Shown: positions 31,499-41,333 of the stretch, one piece after another
Position numbering within the stretch: position 1 is the first letter of the stretch
Layout of the letters: each line of letters begins with the position of its first letter
DNA from: a bacterium
Lineage (GTDB): Bacteria; Electryoneota; RPQS01
Direction: 5' to 3'
Length of the DNA: 64,000 nucleotides
Assembly: GCA_016703065.1 (NCBI GenBank)
Contig: JADJCU010000001.1
Span: 123,098 to 187,097 of the forward strand
The notes under the pieces: model-generated
What the model saw: only the letters and a program-made list of their open reading frames with translations
What the model was told of the DNA's origin: nothing
Database searches by the model: none
Program-made: the position numbers and the translations under genes

Positions 31499-33000
31499 AT
31501 GAGCACGCGAATTCTATCTGTATTCAGTTTTCTGAAGCGGGTGGGATTCGCGTTTCGTTGTTGGGGGCAAACATTCTTGCGCAGGCTCAGCCGCCGGACA
31601 CAGTGTGGACGCGAAGGTACGGCAGGGAGTATCACGACCTTGCGCACTCCGTGGCACAGACTCCGGACGGCGGGTTTATCCTTGCGGGTGAGACATGGAA
31701 TGCCGAGGTCTTTGAAACGCGCAATGCTGATGCATATGTGGTTAAGGTAGATTCCCTCGGTAATGAAGAATGGAGCCATAGTTGGGGCTGGGAATACTCC
31801 GATTATATAAGTAGGATCATCGTTCTTGATGATGGCTACATTGCAGCAGGTGCCGTGGGAAGGTTTCCACCAGCGAATCCCGAACCCTCCTTAGGATGGT
31901 TGCTGAGATTAGATTCAGCGGGAGATACCCTGTGGACGAAACTCCTTGGAAATGAAACCGGTGGGACATGGTTTGAAGACATGGTTGCAGTCGAAGGCCG
32001 GAAACTATGTTGCAACGGGCAGATCAAGATATAGCGGCACGCCCGATTTATGGATGGTCAAATTCAATGACGCAGGGGATACCGTTTGGACGCGCTCATT
32101 TGGGGGCACTGGTTGGGATAAAGGCTGGGCTATCACTCCAGCCTTTGATGGCGGCTATGTTGCCTGTGGTTACACAGCTTCGTTTGGTGCAGGTTCCTAC
32201 GACATGTGGATGATCAAAGTCTCACAGGACGGAGACAGTCTTTGGAGCCGCACATTCGGTTACGGTGGCCGTGAAGAGGCGCGCGCGATTGCGTTGGCTC
32301 CGGACGGCGGGTTCTTTTTGGGGGGATACAGTTCCAGCCTCAGCGAAACGTATGACGATGCCTGGATTGTACGGACGGATTCAATGGGGAATTACATGTG
32401 GGATATAGATTTGGCGGGAGAATTTCAATTAGTAGTTTTTGATCTCCTTGCGACAGATGACGGCGGGGTAATTGCTTGTGGCCATGACGACCCTGGAAGC
32501 GGAGGAACGGCAATGTTTATGGCGAAAGTGGATTCGAGCGGCGATAGTGTGTGGGCGGAACACTGGTTTCAGGAGCACGTGAGTCGCGCAAACGCATTCA
32601 TAGCTTTGCCTGACGGCGGCTATGCGGCCGCAGGTTTGCCGGTTGGGTAAGCAACTCAACCTTTACCACCGGTGATATTTGGCTAGTTCGCTTGTCACCG
32701 GACATGAGCCCGGTGTCACCAATGGAGCCGCTCCTTCCAGTACGGTTCAATCTAACAGCCTATCCCAATCCCTTCAACGCGCAAGCTACCCTGAGCTTCA
32801 CGCTGCCCCAAACAGGTCGGACAAGTCTGACGATCTTTGACGTCTTGGGCCGCGTGGTTCAAAGCTACCCGGCGGAAGTGCTGCAAGCCGGGCAGCATCA
32901 GATTCGACTTGATGCCGGAAACTTGGCCACCGGATCGTATTGGGTCAAACTAGCCACGGAAAACCACACTGCCGTGAACCGGCTCACCCTCGTGCGCTAA
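31499..33000 (+). pseudogene. Frameshifted paralog of the beta-propeller-repeat T9SS cargo gene (at least 3 single-nt frameshifts)
   Basis: Three ORFs (31558..32034, 31946..32650, 32692..33000) in alternating frames carry the same DGGY...G.D.W..K.D..G...W repeat as the 34678..36405 gene, plus a C-terminal T9SS tail (..YPNPFNAQATLSF...WVKLATENHTAVNRLTLVR). A likely signal peptide (MSTRILSVFSFL..) lies in a third frame upstream of a GGGGG run. The breaks sit in short homopolymers (GGGGG at ~31562; TTT at ~32640). Confidence 0.6.
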
Positions 33001-33029
33001 GCTTTGTTGCCATTGTCTCAAACAAAACG

Positions 33030-33075
33030 AGCGGCAGGTCCTTGACCTGCCGCTCGTCGCATTTTCGACGTGAAA
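33030..33075. terminator. Bidirectional terminator between convergent genes
   Basis: ACGAGCGGCAGGTC-ctt-GACCTGCCGCTCGT followed by CGCATTTTCG; A-rich upstream. Confidence 0.45.
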
Positions 33076-33085
33076 ACTCGCCGCA

Positions 33086-34432
33086 CTATTTCAAGAGCAA
33101 CATCTTCTTCGTTGCTGCGAAGTCTTTGCCAACCTTGACTGTATAGTAGTATAGACCCGATGACAGGTTTGAGCCGTCGAACAAAACCGAGTGCCGACCT
33201 GCAGCCATCGTGCCATTCACAAGCGTTGCAACACGCTGGCCCATGACATTACAGATCGTCAAAGTCACGAAGTCCTGTGACATTACGTCAAACACGAGCT
33301 TCGTGGTTGGGTTGAACGGGTTCGGATAGTTCTGGTGCAGGGCGAATTCCGTGATCACCCCGGCCTCCACCGATGGCGTCGCGCTTACAACCGTTCCCCA
33401 CCCATCGCGCGAACCATCCAAATTGACAGTCTCCAGCGTATATACGTAGCTTGTGCCGTTCACCGCGCCGTTGTCCAGGAACTCATAGTTTGAACCTGCA
33501 GGACTGTTCACGGCTTCGACGTTGCCAACCTTCTCAAACGTCTCACAACCCGCGACCGTGCGCAACACGTCGTAGCCCGCCACATTGTTCTCCGAGTACG
33601 TCGTCCAATAAAGCACGACGCTGGCGTCAAGGGCCATTGCATTAAACGTGCCCTGCTCCGCCGACAGGATGCTCGTCAATAGGAAGTTCGCGCAACCGGC
33701 CGTTGCCACCATCTCCGCACACCACAAGTGCGATGCTGGGTTGTAAAGCCAGCCCGGAGGAAGGATCGTTACCACCGCCGGATAATCGTTCAGATGACAG
33801 CCATTTCCAACGCAGCCAGGCGAGAACTCGACAATCGGCATCTCGTCCTCTGACAGTGGCCCCAAGCACAGTGTTGCGAACCGAACGTCGCAAAATCCCC
33901 AGCAATCGTTGTAACTCTGTCCCGGCTGCAAGAAGTTACGTCCGCCTGGCGTACTGATTACTATTGAATCAGGTGGCGGCACCCCGCAGTTTCGTTGGCA
34001 GCTCCACGGAGCCATGTCTGTCTCCTGGTAGCCGTCGACGACGGTGATCACACGCGAAGTCCAGGTATTCTCCCAAAAATCTTCCACACGAACATAGTAC
34101 TTCGACGGTTGCGGAGTATTGGTCGCTATCGTGAAATTCTCTTCAAAGAAGAACGTACCGGGCTCAAGTCCTACGCTCTCGCCGTTCAAGACAAAGGTAT
34201 TGAAGTTCGCCTGCGCAAAGCCGCCACCCACGACTGGCATCGGGTCCGTCCAATCCGGTCCATTGTTATTCACATCCCAATAGATCCGACCCACAGTGCC
34301 GTCCGGGAGGGGCGTGCCCCCCGCGCACCACTCTGTCAGCGGCGTGGTGGTGTACATACCAACGTTGAATTGTGCCGTACAGATTGAAGCAACGGACAAT
34401 GCCGCGAAAACAACAAGAATCTGATGCTTCAT
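33086..34432 (-). CDS. Secreted T9SS cargo protein, function unknown
   Basis: 448 aa. Signal peptide MKHQILVVFAALSVASICTA. C-terminal FALHQNYPNPFNPTTKLVF...KKMLLLK. Confidence 0.7.
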   Translation of the reverse strand: MKHQILVVFAALSVASICTAQFNVGMYTTTPLTEWCAGGTPLPDGTVGRIYWDVNNNGPDWTDPMPVVGGGFAQANFNTFVLNGESVGLEPGTFFFEENFTIATNTPQPSKYYVRVEDFWENTWTSRVITVVDGYQETDMAPWSCQRNCGVPPPDSIVISTPGGRNFLQPGQSYNDCWGFCDVRFATLCLGPLSEDEMPIVEFSPGCVGNGCHLNDYPAVVTILPPGWLYNPASHLWCAEMVATAGCANFLLTSILSAEQGTFNAMALDASVVLYWTTYSENNVAGYDVLRTVAGCETFEKVGNVEAVNSPAGSNYEFLDNGAVNGTSYVYTLETVNLDGSRDGWGTVVSATPSVEAGVITEFALHQNYPNPFNPTTKLVFDVMSQDFVTLTICNVMGQRVATLVNGTMAAGRHSVLFDGSNLSSGLYYYTVKVGKDFAATKKMLLLK

Positions 34433-34677
34433 TTCGAAATCCTCCTTCGAAAAATCCTGCAGGGCAACGCCGAGGTCGCGCGGGTGATACGTGGGCCCTA
34501 AAATGTACGTAGCGTTTCATAGAGAGTCAACACGTCAATTCCAGATTCCTTTCGTTGATGACCCTTGCTCCAATGCGTTAAATGACAAGCATTGGGTATC
34601 GACAGCGGTGCGTCATGAACAAACAAACGCGGCGACCAATCGGCCGCCGCGTTCGCGCTAAACCCGCTTCACAAGCG

Positions 34678-36405
34678 CTATTTCAAGAGCACGAGCGGAA
34701 CCACCCGGCTCCCCCCTGCTGCGCTCACCCGCGCGAAATACGTCCCTGAACTGCGACCTTCGGCGTTCCACTCAAAACGCACCGTGCCGGCATTTGCCGC
34801 GCGCGCCAGCGTCTCGATGGTGCGCCCCGTGTTATCGAATATCGCGAGCGTCACCTGACCGGCCTCAGATAGAGTGAACTCAATCGTCGTCGTCGGATTA
34901 AACGGATTCGGATAGGCCCGCAGTGTAAACTCCTCCGGAATCGCCGCGCCTTCATGCCACGACGCCGTCACCATCCGGTCACGCAGCTCCTCGCGCGCGC
35001 CGTTCACATCCACCACCGTCAGGTAGTACGAGTAGTCGACATGTCGTTCGACCATGCTATCCGCGAAGCGGTACGTCTGACCGCTGCTCGCACTGCCCGT
35101 CGCGGCAAGCTCGGCAACGCGCAAGAAGTCTCCATTGGTACCGCGATACAGCTCAAAGTGATCCACATCCGTCTCGCTCGCGGTCGTCCAACTTAACTCA
35201 ATTCCCTGCTCCGTCGACACCGCGCCGAAACTCAACAGTTCCACCGGAAGAGGCCCTTCAAGGTCAATATCCGGCAACAGCTTCACGACGAGCATGTCAA
35301 TCGTCTCTTCTGTTGGATTGGCCGTGTAACCGCAGAAGATGTAACCGCCCGCGTTTAGCTGGCGAATCTCATACGTTCCATCGCCCGACGCGTCCCCAAC
35401 TTGCACCGTCCAATAGTGCTGGCCGATTTCATCGAACTTCCAGACCGTCGCCTCTTCACTCGACGAACCGCCATCCGATTTACCACACACGACCAAACCG
35501 TTATCATTGCACTCGTCGACATCGTAGGCCAAATCGAAGCCGCCCCAGTCGAGCAGCGTCGTCCAAAGCAGCGCACCGCTCGCGTCGATTTTGATCAAGA
35601 GCACATCCTGATCAAACGGCATGAGTGTCTGCTGATAACCCGAGATCGCAAACCCGCCGTCGCTCGTCTGCGTCACGCCATAGCCGACCTCGGTCTCCGC
35701 CGACAGGAATGCGCTTGACCAGAGCGAATCACCGTTCGCATCGAGTCGCAGAACCCAAACGTCCTTGTCACCAAACCCGAAGCTGCTCGTCTCCCCGACC
35801 ACGAGATAGCCGCCGTCCGAGGTCTGCAAAACGGCATGAGCTACATCGTCACTCGCTCCGCCGTAGGTCTTGGACCACGTCAGCGCGCCGGCCGAAGTCA
35901 CTTTGATAATGTGAAAATCGCGTCCGAGGCCCTGGTCGCGATAGCCCGCGAGCACGTAGCCGTTGTCACTTGTTGTTTGAAGGTCATTGGCGACTTCGTC
36001 ATCGCCAGCGCCGTAGGTAAAACTGTTCAGCAGACTGCCGCCGCTGTCGAGCAGATTCAAGATGATATCGGCCGGTCCGCCGAACAGACTGCGCCAGCCG
36101 CCGACGGCGTAGCCGCTCCCTGCCGACAGCGAAATACCCGTGGCCTGATCATCTTCAAATGTCGACAGGTGAGTGCTCCACTCTACCGATCCGTTGGCAA
36201 AGAACTTCCGCACGTAGACATCGTAGTTGAAGTTCACGTCCGTGAACCCGGCGACGACGACCTCGCCGACCCCGACCTCCCGGATTCCTATCGCTTCGAA
36301 GTCCGACCCCAGCCCGCTCTGATGTTGCCAGTCAATTCCGGGGGCTTGAGCAAAGGCCGCACTGGACACACTTATCCACAACAAAACCAAATACCTCAGC
36401 CTCAT
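34678..36405 (-). CDS. Secreted beta-propeller-repeat T9SS cargo protein
   Basis: 575 aa with a signal peptide. About 8 copies of the ..TSDGGY..VG.T.S.G.G..D.W..K.D..G...W repeat. C-terminal FTLRAYPNPFNPTTTIEF...VVPLVLLK. Followed by a terminator hairpin. Confidence 0.75.
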   Translation of the reverse strand: MRLRYLVLLWISVSSAAFAQAPGIDWQHQSGLGSDFEAIGIREVGVGEVVVAGFTDVNFNYDVYVRKFFANGSVEWSTHLSTFEDDQATGISLSAGSGYAVGGWRSLFGGPADIILNLLDSGGSLLNSFTYGAGDDEVANDLQTTSDNGYVLAGYRDQGLGRDFHIIKVTSAGALTWSKTYGGASDDVAHAVLQTSDGGYLVVGETSSFGFGDKDVWVLRLDANGDSLWSSAFLSAETEVGYGVTQTSDGGFAISGYQQTLMPFDQDVLLIKIDASGALLWTTLLDWGGFDLAYDVDECNDNGLVVCGKSDGGSSSEEATVWKFDEIGQHYWTVQVGDASGDGTYEIRQLNAGGYIFCGYTANPTEETIDMLVVKLLPDIDLEGPLPVELLSFGAVSTEQGIELSWTTASETDVDHFELYRGTNGDFLRVAELAATGSASSGQTYRFADSMVERHVDYSYYLTVVDVNGAREELRDRMVTASWHEGAAIPEEFTLRAYPNPFNPTTTIEFTLSEAGQVTLAIFDNTGRTIETLARAANAGTVRFEWNAEGRSSGTYFARVSAAGGSRVVPLVLLK

Positions 36406-36679
36406 GTTCGCACCACCTTTCGCGGGGATTCACCGATTGTCCATACTCCTGCACATATTCCATGCAATATAGACCCTCAGGCGAAACCTGCAATAGATTT
36501 AGCATATTTATTAGGTTGCCGTTTGGCAACCGGTGGGCGGTGGACATCAGGAGCTGAAGAGGGCGCGGGATTTCCTGCGCGGCGCCTTAGAGTGGTAATC
36601 CGTATTTCCGTTGTCGCGCTAACAATTGGCGGAACGGAAGAGGCTGATTTCAGGCGAGTCAGGCGAGTTAGGTTTTAGG

Positions 36680-36800
36680 CTGGTGACGGGGGGGCACGAG
36701 GGGGAAGGTGGGGAGACCGCCAGCGGGGTGTCGTCGCACGGAACGGGAAGGTACGATCGGGGATCGGGGCACCCGCAGCGGGTGCCGCCGGGGGAAGCCG
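36680..36800 (+). other. G-rich purine tract with multiple G-runs (G-quadruplex-prone on the plus strand)
   Basis: ..GGTGACGGGGGGGCACGAGGGGGAAGGTGGGGAG...GGGGATCGGGGCACC..GGGGGAAG.. in the 560-bp intergenic region between the cargo gene start and hpaD. Confidence 0.3.
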
Positions 36801-36963
36801 CGTGCATCAACCTAGTTGAACTATGCATTTGACCATTCTTTTTCAAATGGTTTAATGCAAAATGTCCACTATTGAAATGCGATTTGTTTGCCACCAACTT
36901 CTCCTGAAATGATTTTGCAGTCGAATCAATCTTGATTCTGCCTGTGAGACCTTACCCCTCCCT

Positions 36964-38010
36964 CTACACCACAAAACTTGGCCGACCAAAAAACTTCGGT
37001 TCGCTGGTGGGCATGAGTTCGCCGGTGACGATGTCTTCTACAAGGCTGGCTTCGTCGAACCAGCTTTTGGGTGGGAGGTGGCCCCAGAAGGTGGCGCGGC
37101 GTTTGTCGTTGATGCTCCAGCGGACGGGCGGGACGTCCCAATCGGTCAGCAAATAGTCGCCGGTGTAGATTTCGATGCGGTTGTTGTCGTGGTCGCGCAG
37201 ATAGAGAAAGAACGCGTTCGACAGGCCGTGTCGACCCGGGCCGCGCTCGATGTGATCCACCATGCCCATGCTCGCCAACACGTCGCAGGCATCTAAGATC
37301 GACAATCTGTCATAGGCCCAAAAGCCGACGTGATGCAAGCGCGGGCCGATGCCGTTCATCATCGCGATGTCGTGCACGTTGGGTTTACGGTGCAGCCACG
37401 TGGCCCACAGATCATCGGTTTCGACGCAGCGCCAACTGAAGCTCGGATTCGACGCCGAATATTCGCCGGGAACTTTGGGCGAGTCGTTGGCCGCCGTGTA
37501 TTCGCTACAATGGAAGCCCAAGCGCTTGGTGTACCACTCGTAGGCGCGGCGCACGTCGTGGACCTGACAATTGAAGTGGTCAATGCGCTGAATCTTCGCG
37601 CCGCGATGCTCGTGGTACTTTTGCAAACTCCAGTCTCGGCGCTCGGCTTCAAAATAGAAGTGCAGCGGAATGCCGTGCGGGTCCTGCAGCGCGAGCGTGC
37701 GGCCCATCTTGTATTTCGCGCCCTTGTCAAGCCACTTGTGCGCGAGGCCGTCTTCGCCCGCAATCCACGCGAGGCCGTCGAGATCGCTCTCACGCTCGAC
37801 CTTGAAGGCCAGATGCCCCAGCCCGGGCTGCGGCGACTTGCGCAAGACGAGCGAATAGGGATCACGCTCTTCGATGTTGCCCAGATAGAGCCGCTCGGAA
37901 TCCTGACGAACTATCGAAAAACCCAGTGCGTCGACGTAAAATGTTTTGGCACGCTCGATGTCCGTCACGCGGAATTCGGCGTGCGCCGTGCGAAGAATGT
38001 TGGGAGTCAT
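36964..38010 (-). CDS. hpaD: 3,4-dihydroxyphenylacetate (homoprotocatechuate) 2,3-dioxygenase, type I extradiol / VOC family
   Basis: 348 aa, colinear with Brevibacterium/Arthrobacter HPCD/MndD. Matching blocks: HAEFRVTD, RIDHFNCQVHDV, ATWLHRKPNVHDIAMMNGIGPRLHHVGF, IERGPGRHGLSNAFFLYLRDHDNNRIEIYTGDY. Confidence 0.9.
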   Translation of the reverse strand: MTPNILRTAHAEFRVTDIERAKTFYVDALGFSIVRQDSERLYLGNIEERDPYSLVLRKSPQPGLGHLAFKVERESDLDGLAWIAGEDGLAHKWLDKGAKYKMGRTLALQDPHGIPLHFYFEAERRDWSLQKYHEHRGAKIQRIDHFNCQVHDVRRAYEWYTKRLGFHCSEYTAANDSPKVPGEYSASNPSFSWRCVETDDLWATWLHRKPNVHDIAMMNGIGPRLHHVGFWAYDRLSILDACDVLASMGMVDHIERGPGRHGLSNAFFLYLRDHDNNRIEIYTGDYLLTDWDVPPVRWSINDKRRATFWGHLPPKSWFDEASLVEDIVTGELMPTSEPKFFGRPSFVV

Positions 38011-38106
38011 GGCAGAAGGTATGTAATTTGATGTATGAAATTTGAAAAGTCGGAAAGGCAGACCCCATTCCCTATCCTCGTGAACGGCGAAGGGGTCACA
38101 CCGAGA

Positions 38107-39306
38107 CTATGCGTACTTTTGCTTCAGCTCTTTGAAGCTGATGAGCCTCTGCTGCTGTTCGTCCCACACGCTCAGGAAGGCCGTCGCGAGACTCGAACGC
38201 AGCGTAACTTTGTAGACATCGCGAAACTCGGGGTTCTCGTTGTAGATCTTCTCGAGGCGGTAGTTGGGAATGCCGGGCGTCAGGTGGTGAATGTGGTGGT
38301 AGCCGATGTTGCCCGTGAACCACTGGATGACTTTGGGCAACTCATAGTACGAACTGCCCTGCATCGCGGCGCGCACAAAATTCCACTCCTGATCGTGTTT
38401 CCAATACGTGTGCTCGAACTGGTGCTGGATATAGAAGAGCCAGATGCCCGCACTTGACGAGATGTAGAGCACCGGCAGGAATATCTTCAAAAAGGGAATC
38501 ACGCCGATCCACCACGAGAAGAAGGCGAACGTGGCGACGATTGCGATGTTTGTGAAATAGACGTTGCGTTGGTCGCGCTTGCTATACTGATCCGGATCGC
38601 TCACAAAGCGATTGATTTTCAGGAACAGCACAATCGGACCACCCAGGATGAAGGCGATAGGATTGCGATAGATGCGATACAGGAGCCGATCATGTTCCGA
38701 GAGCTTGAGATACTCGGTGACCGTCTTGACGTCGAGATCGCCATGCCCGCGATGGTCGAGGTTGCCGTTGGTCGAGTGGTGCATCGCGTGCTGACGCTTC
38801 CAATAGTAGTAGGGCACGACGGTGAAGAAGCTGCACAGGTATCCCAGACGGTCATTCCATTTGCGGCTGGGGAAGAATGCCATGTGGCCGCAATCGTGTT
38901 GGATAATGAAGAGCCTGATCGTGAACCCTGCGGCAAGAAACGACAGACCCAGGGTTAGCCAGTATGAATAGCTCAAGCTCAGGTACATCAAGTAGTAGCT
39001 GGCGAGCAACGAAATGAGCGTATTGAAGGTTTGCCAGAGCGACGCGCCGATCGAAGGAACCGTGTACGGTTCGAGAACTTTCAACAGGTCGGTATGGTTG
39101 TTGATTTCGCGCAGCGCAGGCTGATTGTTGTTATGCAGACTCTTGCGAATACGCGGGGTAACTGTGACTTCGGTGCTGATAGTGGTGTCCTGACTTAGGG
39201 TGAATGAAAACTGATTGGAGTATGGCTTAACTTTCCCAAGGGTCCCAAAAGAGCTGCGGGTCGTCGCCGAGATCTTCGCGCGCCGGGGCCGCGCGATTGA
39301 GTCCAC
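38107..39306 (-). CDS. Membrane fatty-acid desaturase family protein (FAD2/DesA-type three-histidine-box di-iron enzyme)
   Basis: His boxes HDCGH, (W)KRQHAMHH and HHIHH in the canonical order and spacing. Four or more TM helices. The N-terminal 26 codons overlap the hpaC 3' end by ~80 bp, so the true start is probably an internal or non-ATG codon. Confidence 0.7.
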   Translation of the reverse strand: MDSIARPRRAKISATTRSSFGTLGKVKPYSNQFSFTLSQDTTISTEVTVTPRIRKSLHNNNQPALREINNHTDLLKVLEPYTVPSIGASLWQTFNTLISLLASYYLMYLSLSYSYWLTLGLSFLAAGFTIRLFIIQHDCGHMAFFPSRKWNDRLGYLCSFFTVVPYYYWKRQHAMHHSTNGNLDHRGHGDLDVKTVTEYLKLSEHDRLLYRIYRNPIAFILGGPIVLFLKINRFVSDPDQYSKRDQRNVYFTNIAIVATFAFFSWWIGVIPFLKIFLPVLYISSSAGIWLFYIQHQFEHTYWKHDQEWNFVRAAMQGSSYYELPKVIQWFTGNIGYHHIHHLTPGIPNYRLEKIYNENPEFRDVYKVTLRSSLATAFLSVWDEQQQRLISFKELKQKYA

Positions 39307-39799
39307 CTGTTAAGTCGTGGTAGCGGCTCTTGAAATAGAGTAGCGGTTTGTGTGGTTCGATGCCCTGATGAAGACAGACGACGCGGCCGATCACCATGAG
39401 ATGATCGCCGCCGGGCAGGCACTCGTGCACATCACAGCCCACCGCCGCGAGCACGCCTTCGATGCGCGGCCCGCCGTCCCATTCGACAAAGCGGAAGCTC
39501 GGGCTTTCGCCCTCGTCGCTGCGGCCCGCGAAGTGATTCGAGATCGCCATCTGCTCATCGCGCAGAATATTGATCGTAAACCGCGCCCCCGTGGTGGAAA
39601 GATACTCTGACATCTGCGCGCGTTTCGAGACACACGCGATGATCAGCATCGGATCGCGCGAAAGGGACGTGACGGCATTCGCCGTCATACCGTGCGGACC
39701 CGCTGCTCCTCGGGCCGTAATCACACAGACACCGGTGGCGAAGAGGCCAACGGTGTCAAAAAACGCGCGCGATTCAAGCGGTGAGTGAAAATCGGCCAT
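39227..39799 (-). CDS. hpaC: Flavin reductase (HpaC-like reductase component of the two-component 4-HPA 3-monooxygenase)
   Basis: 190 aa. Flavin-reductase-like domain (..FATGVCVITARG..GMTANAVTSLS..P.LIIACV..). Located immediately downstream of hpaB. Confidence 0.8.
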   Translation of the reverse strand: MADFHSPLESRAFFDTVGLFATGVCVITARGAAGPHGMTANAVTSLSRDPMLIIACVSKRAQMSEYLSTTGARFTINILRDEQMAISNHFAGRSDEGESPSFRFVEWDGGPRIEGVLAAVGCDVHECLPGGDHLMVIGRVVCLHQGIEPHKPLLYFKSRYHDLTGGLNRAAPAREDLGDDPQLFWDPWES

Positions 39800-39805
39800 G
39801 CGATC

Positions 39806-41287
39806 TTAGCGATTACCGGACTTCGTTGCGTCGGCCTCGGCTTCCGACTGCATACGCGACAGGAAGTGCCGCACCTTCTCCATCGCCTCCTTGCGCGGAT
39901 GGTTCTTCACCAGAGCGCCGGCCATCCGCACGGGATCGCCGAAGAAGAAGAACTCATAGAGCGCTTGCCGCGTGCCGAACGCCGACACCGACGCATCCCA
40001 CGCGAGACGGAAGAGCGGAATCCGTTCGTACGCATCCACTCGCGCGCCCTGATAGTATTGCTTAATCTCTTCTTTAAGAGGTCCATTCAGATCGGCGTGC
40101 GTGGGCATCGCGACCAGTCCGCTCGCGCCGAGCTGCTGAATAATCTGCACGAGCTTGGGATAGGTCTTGGGGAAAAGATTGCGCGCGGCATCCAGCGGAT
40201 CCCAAGCCGGACGCATCACGCCGTACTCGTCAATATGGCAATCGGCCTCAGCGGCGCGCAGGAAGGCTTTCATCGTTTCGTGCGCGACCCAGAGGTCGGA
40301 AAGTTTTTCATGCACGTGCTGGAACTGCTCGATACCGATGGAATCGACAAGCAGCGACGCGAGACCGAGCAGGAACTCGCTCTTGGCGATGTTCTTGCAA
40401 ATTACCTGATGCGACATGTGCACGACGGCGCCCGACGCGGCGTAGGCGCGATTGCAGACGTCGACGTTCTTATAGAGCAGCACCTTCTCCCACGGGACGA
40501 ACACGTCTTCGAAGATGACGACCGCGTCCTGCTCTTCGAAGCGCGCTCCGAGCGGATGATCGTAGCCGTTCGGATTGTAGCTAACCGTTTCACGGCATTG
40601 GAATTTGAGGCCCGGCGTATTTGCCGGGATGCAGAAGCCGAAGGCATACGGCGCGTCTTCAGGATTGCTCGTCAAAAGCGTCGACGGGAAGACCATGATT
40701 TCGTCGGAAACGGGCGCGGTCGCCAACATGCGCGCACCCCGAATCACAAAACCGTCGGCGCGTTCTTCTTTGATACGCGCACCCATGTACGGGTCTTTTT
40801 GCGCCGCGACGGACACCGAGCGATTGGCCTGCGGATTGATCAGCGTATGTGTCATGCACAGGTCGCCGCGTGACAGCCTGCGATAGAGCGACTTCGCATT
40901 CTCACCGAAGCGCTGATCCTGCGCGGCCCGATAGCGCCAGCCGCCTGCGTAGGATGCCATGGCGCGATTCAGGTAGTCCGGCGAACGGCCCATCATGCCG
41001 CACGTGAACTCCGCGTTCTTGAGCATGCACTTCGACAGCAGCCGAATGTCTTCCGCCGTCTTCGGAATGTGATAACTCCGCGCAATCGGCTCGCCCGTTT
41101 CGTCGTCCTTGACCAGCATGAAGTCCGGATGCTGCCATTGCAAATCGTAGAGATCGGCGAGGCTCTGCGCGTGCCCCTTAAATTCAGGATGCGTCGTGAA
41201 GTCGCGGATGCGTTCGCCGCGATGGTAGATTTCGGGAGGGTTGTTCTTGAGCTGCTGAAGAAAATCCGCGCCTTTGCGAGCAGGCAT
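39806..41287 (-). CDS. hpaB: 4-hydroxyphenylacetate 3-monooxygenase, oxygenase component (HpaB family)
   Basis: 493 aa, colinear with E. coli HpaB (IYHRGERIRDFTTHPEFK.., LINPQANRS). The 4-hydroxybutyryl-CoA dehydratase family shares this fold, but the hpaC/D/E context favours HpaB. Confidence 0.85.
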   Translation of the reverse strand: MPARKGADFLQQLKNNPPEIYHRGERIRDFTTHPEFKGHAQSLADLYDLQWQHPDFMLVKDDETGEPIARSYHIPKTAEDIRLLSKCMLKNAEFTCGMMGRSPDYLNRAMASYAGGWRYRAAQDQRFGENAKSLYRRLSRGDLCMTHTLINPQANRSVSVAAQKDPYMGARIKEERADGFVIRGARMLATAPVSDEIMVFPSTLLTSNPEDAPYAFGFCIPANTPGLKFQCRETVSYNPNGYDHPLGARFEEQDAVVIFEDVFVPWEKVLLYKNVDVCNRAYAASGAVVHMSHQVICKNIAKSEFLLGLASLLVDSIGIEQFQHVHEKLSDLWVAHETMKAFLRAAEADCHIDEYGVMRPAWDPLDAARNLFPKTYPKLVQIIQQLGASGLVAMPTHADLNGPLKEEIKQYYQGARVDAYERIPLFRLAWDASVSAFGTRQALYEFFFFGDPVRMAGALVKNHPRKEAMEKVRHFLSRMQSEAEADATKSGNR

Positions 41288-41333
41288 GTGGTGTGCTCCG
41301 GGTATCGTGAATCAGCTTAGTTGCAATAGTGAG

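Noticed and set aside
30310-31500. RNase P RNA, tmRNA or SRP RNA in the ORF-free 1.2-kb region
   Set aside because: Hand comparison found no P4 boxes (GGAAAGUCCGGGCUCC / ACAGAACCCGGCUUA), no tmRNA tRNA-like 3' end or tag reading frame, and no SRP domain IV motif. Only loose resemblance (GAGTCCGGGTC). It remains a candidate for an unknown RNA only.
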